Assembly: GCA_963665615.2 (NCBI GenBank)
Contig: CAXXQE010000001.1
Location: forward strand, 62,001 to 126,000
Length of the DNA stretch: 64,000 nt
Direction of reading: 5' to 3'
DNA from: Syntrophales bacterium
Lineage (GTDB): Bacteria; Desulfobacterota; Syntrophia; Syntrophales; UBA4778
In this document: positions 61,872 to 64,000 of the stretch, piece by piece
Layout: every line of letters begins with the position of its first letter
Numbering within the stretch: position 1 is the stretch's first letter
The notes under the pieces: generated by a model
Told to the model about the DNA's origin: nothing
The model's input: the letters and a program-made list of their open reading frames with translations, nothing else
Database searches by the model: none
Position numbers and translations under genes: made by a program

Positions 61872-62700
61872 TTAGTTTTTTTTCTTTTTATGCCTAAACC
61901 ACAAAACGGCTACAGATGCAAGCCCGACACCTAAAAGCACCCCCGTGGCCGTCTCCGGCACCGGAGGCGGAGGCGGAGGGGGTGGCGGCGGAGGCGGAGG
62001 GGGTGGCGGCGGAGGCGGCTCCGGTGGTTTTATTGGCGGATAGACCGGCGGGTAGACCGGGGGGTAGATCGGTGGGTAAACCTCAGGGGGCCCCGCAGGC
62101 GGAATGGCTGCTGCTAAATAAATCGGCGTATGGACCGAAGGATCGAATGGCGTGCCAGCTCTTCGCGGGCCGGCGGCCGGATTGGCGTCGAGATCAGCCG
62201 GTTCGTAGGGCGGCGGAGCTCCCGCGTAAAGGGGCGGAATTTCCGAGTAGCTGTTGCAGCACGTCGTCCGCACGGTAGTCCTGCCATCGGTGATATAACC
62301 GTCTCCCCGCGGGTAGCTTGATGGGTGATTTCTTCCGGAAGATGGTGTCATTCTTCCGGTAATGAATGTAAACCCACGTTTCCTTCTGCAATCTGCCCAT
62401 GCTCGCATTCTGCCAATTGAAACCGGCAAAATGGGCATTTAACACGGGGTCATGAAGAACGGTCTGGCGGAAATTATCAATATTATGCACCGAGTTTTTC
62501 GTGCAGAGCCCATACCATCGTCCACTGTTTTCGAAGTTCTGATCTTCGAAATCCTGTTTTTCAAGTGCTCCCCCTGCCGCCTGCGCCGCCTTCTTTGGTG
62601 CTTTGGCGTTGTAAAAGAACAACATATAGACGGCCGTGGCAACGGCGACAAACATAAGGACGATAAAAAACGCCCTCCGACGGGTCTTTGGGTGCTTCAA
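61872..62700 (-). CDS. PEP-CTERM-type protein with poly-proline stalk; +1 frameshift at about 62305-62308
   Basis: N-terminal TM. The frames join as KLPAGDGYITDG...CCN if one G is removed. PIYP repeats, poly-Pro, then VPET-TM-RHKKKKN. Confidence 0.8.
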
Positions 62701-62940
62701 AGTTCGTACTCCTAATGTAATAAGTAGCTCTAGCGTTCCTACCTATTATATTGATCGGAATCAATATCAGATTTCTTGAGTCGAATCAAAATAATAAATG
62801 AAAAGGTCTGTTACAGTGTGGAGCGTTGATAGCGCGCAGCAGAGGGAAAACGTCTAATGAGAAGGATATATCTTCCCGCCGAAAATCATCAAGATAGAGA
62901 TGTCGTAAGATTTATAGCAAAATCGTTCCCTTCGACCTGG

Positions 62941-64000
62941 CTATGTGCCGATTCGGTGGTCGATCGCCGCTTTAAGCCGTTTCAACACCCGATCGCGTCC
63001 CAGGGTGATCATGACCTCGTCGATCCCCGGACTGACCGTTTTCCCGGTCAGGGCGACCCGGATGGGTTGGGCGACGTTTTTCATCTTGGTGCCGTTATTG
63101 TCGGCGATCTGCTTGAGAAGTCCTTCGATGCCTTCTTTGGTATAGTCCTCAAGGGTTGCAAGTGACGCGGCGAGGATGCTCAGGTATCGAAGCCCTTCGG
63201 TGTCGAGATACTGATCGGCCAGAGCGGGTTCGTATTCCATCGTATCGCTAAAATAAAACGTGCCGGCTTCGGCCATCTCGATCAGCGTCTTCGATCGGGC
63301 CTTGAGATCCGAGGCTACCCGCTGAAGAAACGTCGGGTCGGCAGACTGGATGTCGTGCGCGGCCAAAAAAGGCAGCAACTCCCTGCCCAGGCGTTCATCG
63401 TCGGTCTTTTTGATGTACTGCTGGTTGAGCAGAGGAGCTTTTCGGGATTGAAGATGGCGGCCGATTTGCCGACCGCGCCGAGGGTGAAGTGTTCAATCAG
63501 TTCTTTCACGGTGAAAATCTCTTGATCGCCGTGGGCCCAACCGAGACGAACGAGGTAGTTGACGAGTGCCTCGGGGAGATAGCCCATGTCCCGATAGGTC
63601 AACACCGACTCCGCCCCGTGGCGCTTGCTCAAGCGGGCTCTATCGGCGCCAAGGATCATCGGCACGTGGGCGAATTCCGGTACCTCGTAGCCCAGCGCTT
63701 CATACAGCAGGATCTGCTTTGGCGTGTTGTTAACGTGGTCGTCGCCGCGAATAACATGGCTGATCCGCATCTCGGCATCGTCGATGACGACCGCAAAAAT
63801 TATACGTGGGGTAGCCGTCTGCCCGCTCGATAATGAGGTCGTCGAGTTCCTCGTTTTCAAATGAGATTTTTCCTTTTATGGCGTCCTGGAAGGCGGTTGC
63901 TCCTGTGTCCGGTGCCCGGAAACCGGACGACAGAGCCAGGCTGTGGGCCGAGTCCTTTTTCACGGCAGGCGCCGTCGTATTTTGGTTTCCGCTTCTCGGC
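62941..64000 (-). CDS. gltX: Glutamate-tRNA ligase, 3' part, with three apparent single-base indels
   Basis: [22 protein letters not shown] and [12 protein letters not shown] motifs spread over several frames. Confidence 0.92.

Noticed and set aside
61960..62080. GGCGGA/GGTAGA tandem repeats resembling an array
   Set aside because: They encode the poly-Pro/PxYP stalk of the PEP-CTERM-type protein; there is no repeat-spacer structure, so not CRISPR.

Overview
A moderately GC-rich, mostly housekeeping chromosomal window. Gene content and order suggest an anaerobic Deltaproteobacterium, Syntrophales-like (inference). It carries menG/menA, tkt, cstA, an OmpA-type protein, a PAS kinase/NtrC pair, an orphan ATP synthase c subunit next to a Cache-only membrane protein, ppsA, RNase P RNA, the yqeY-dnaG-rpoD-tRNA-Ile2 locus, his genes, a liv-type ABC transporter with paaK, typA, ychF, csp, tex, ppsR, a fluoride riboswitch before an antiporter, a hybrid kinase, leuA/C/D with an attenuator, a thiolase-fold/DUF35 pair, tRNA-Glu and tRNA-Gln, lapG-lapD, a PEP-CTERM-type gene and a partial gltX. 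Top observations: (1) the primary-locus RpoD has an in-frame degenerate region 4.2 (the -35 recognition HTH), although canonical TTGAC -35 boxes are common in the window; (2) lapG-lapD has no adjacent T1SS adhesin but follows a PEP-CTERM-type protein with an N-terminal anchor and an AAQAAG motif; (3) an orphan c subunit is paired with an output-less Cache sensor; (4) there is an unannotated Leu-rich leader peptide; (5) four families of intergenic repeat or miniature elements recur. Single-base frameshifts in livH, the PEP-CTERM gene and gltX are probably sequencing errors. No CRISPR array, transposase or prophage was seen.
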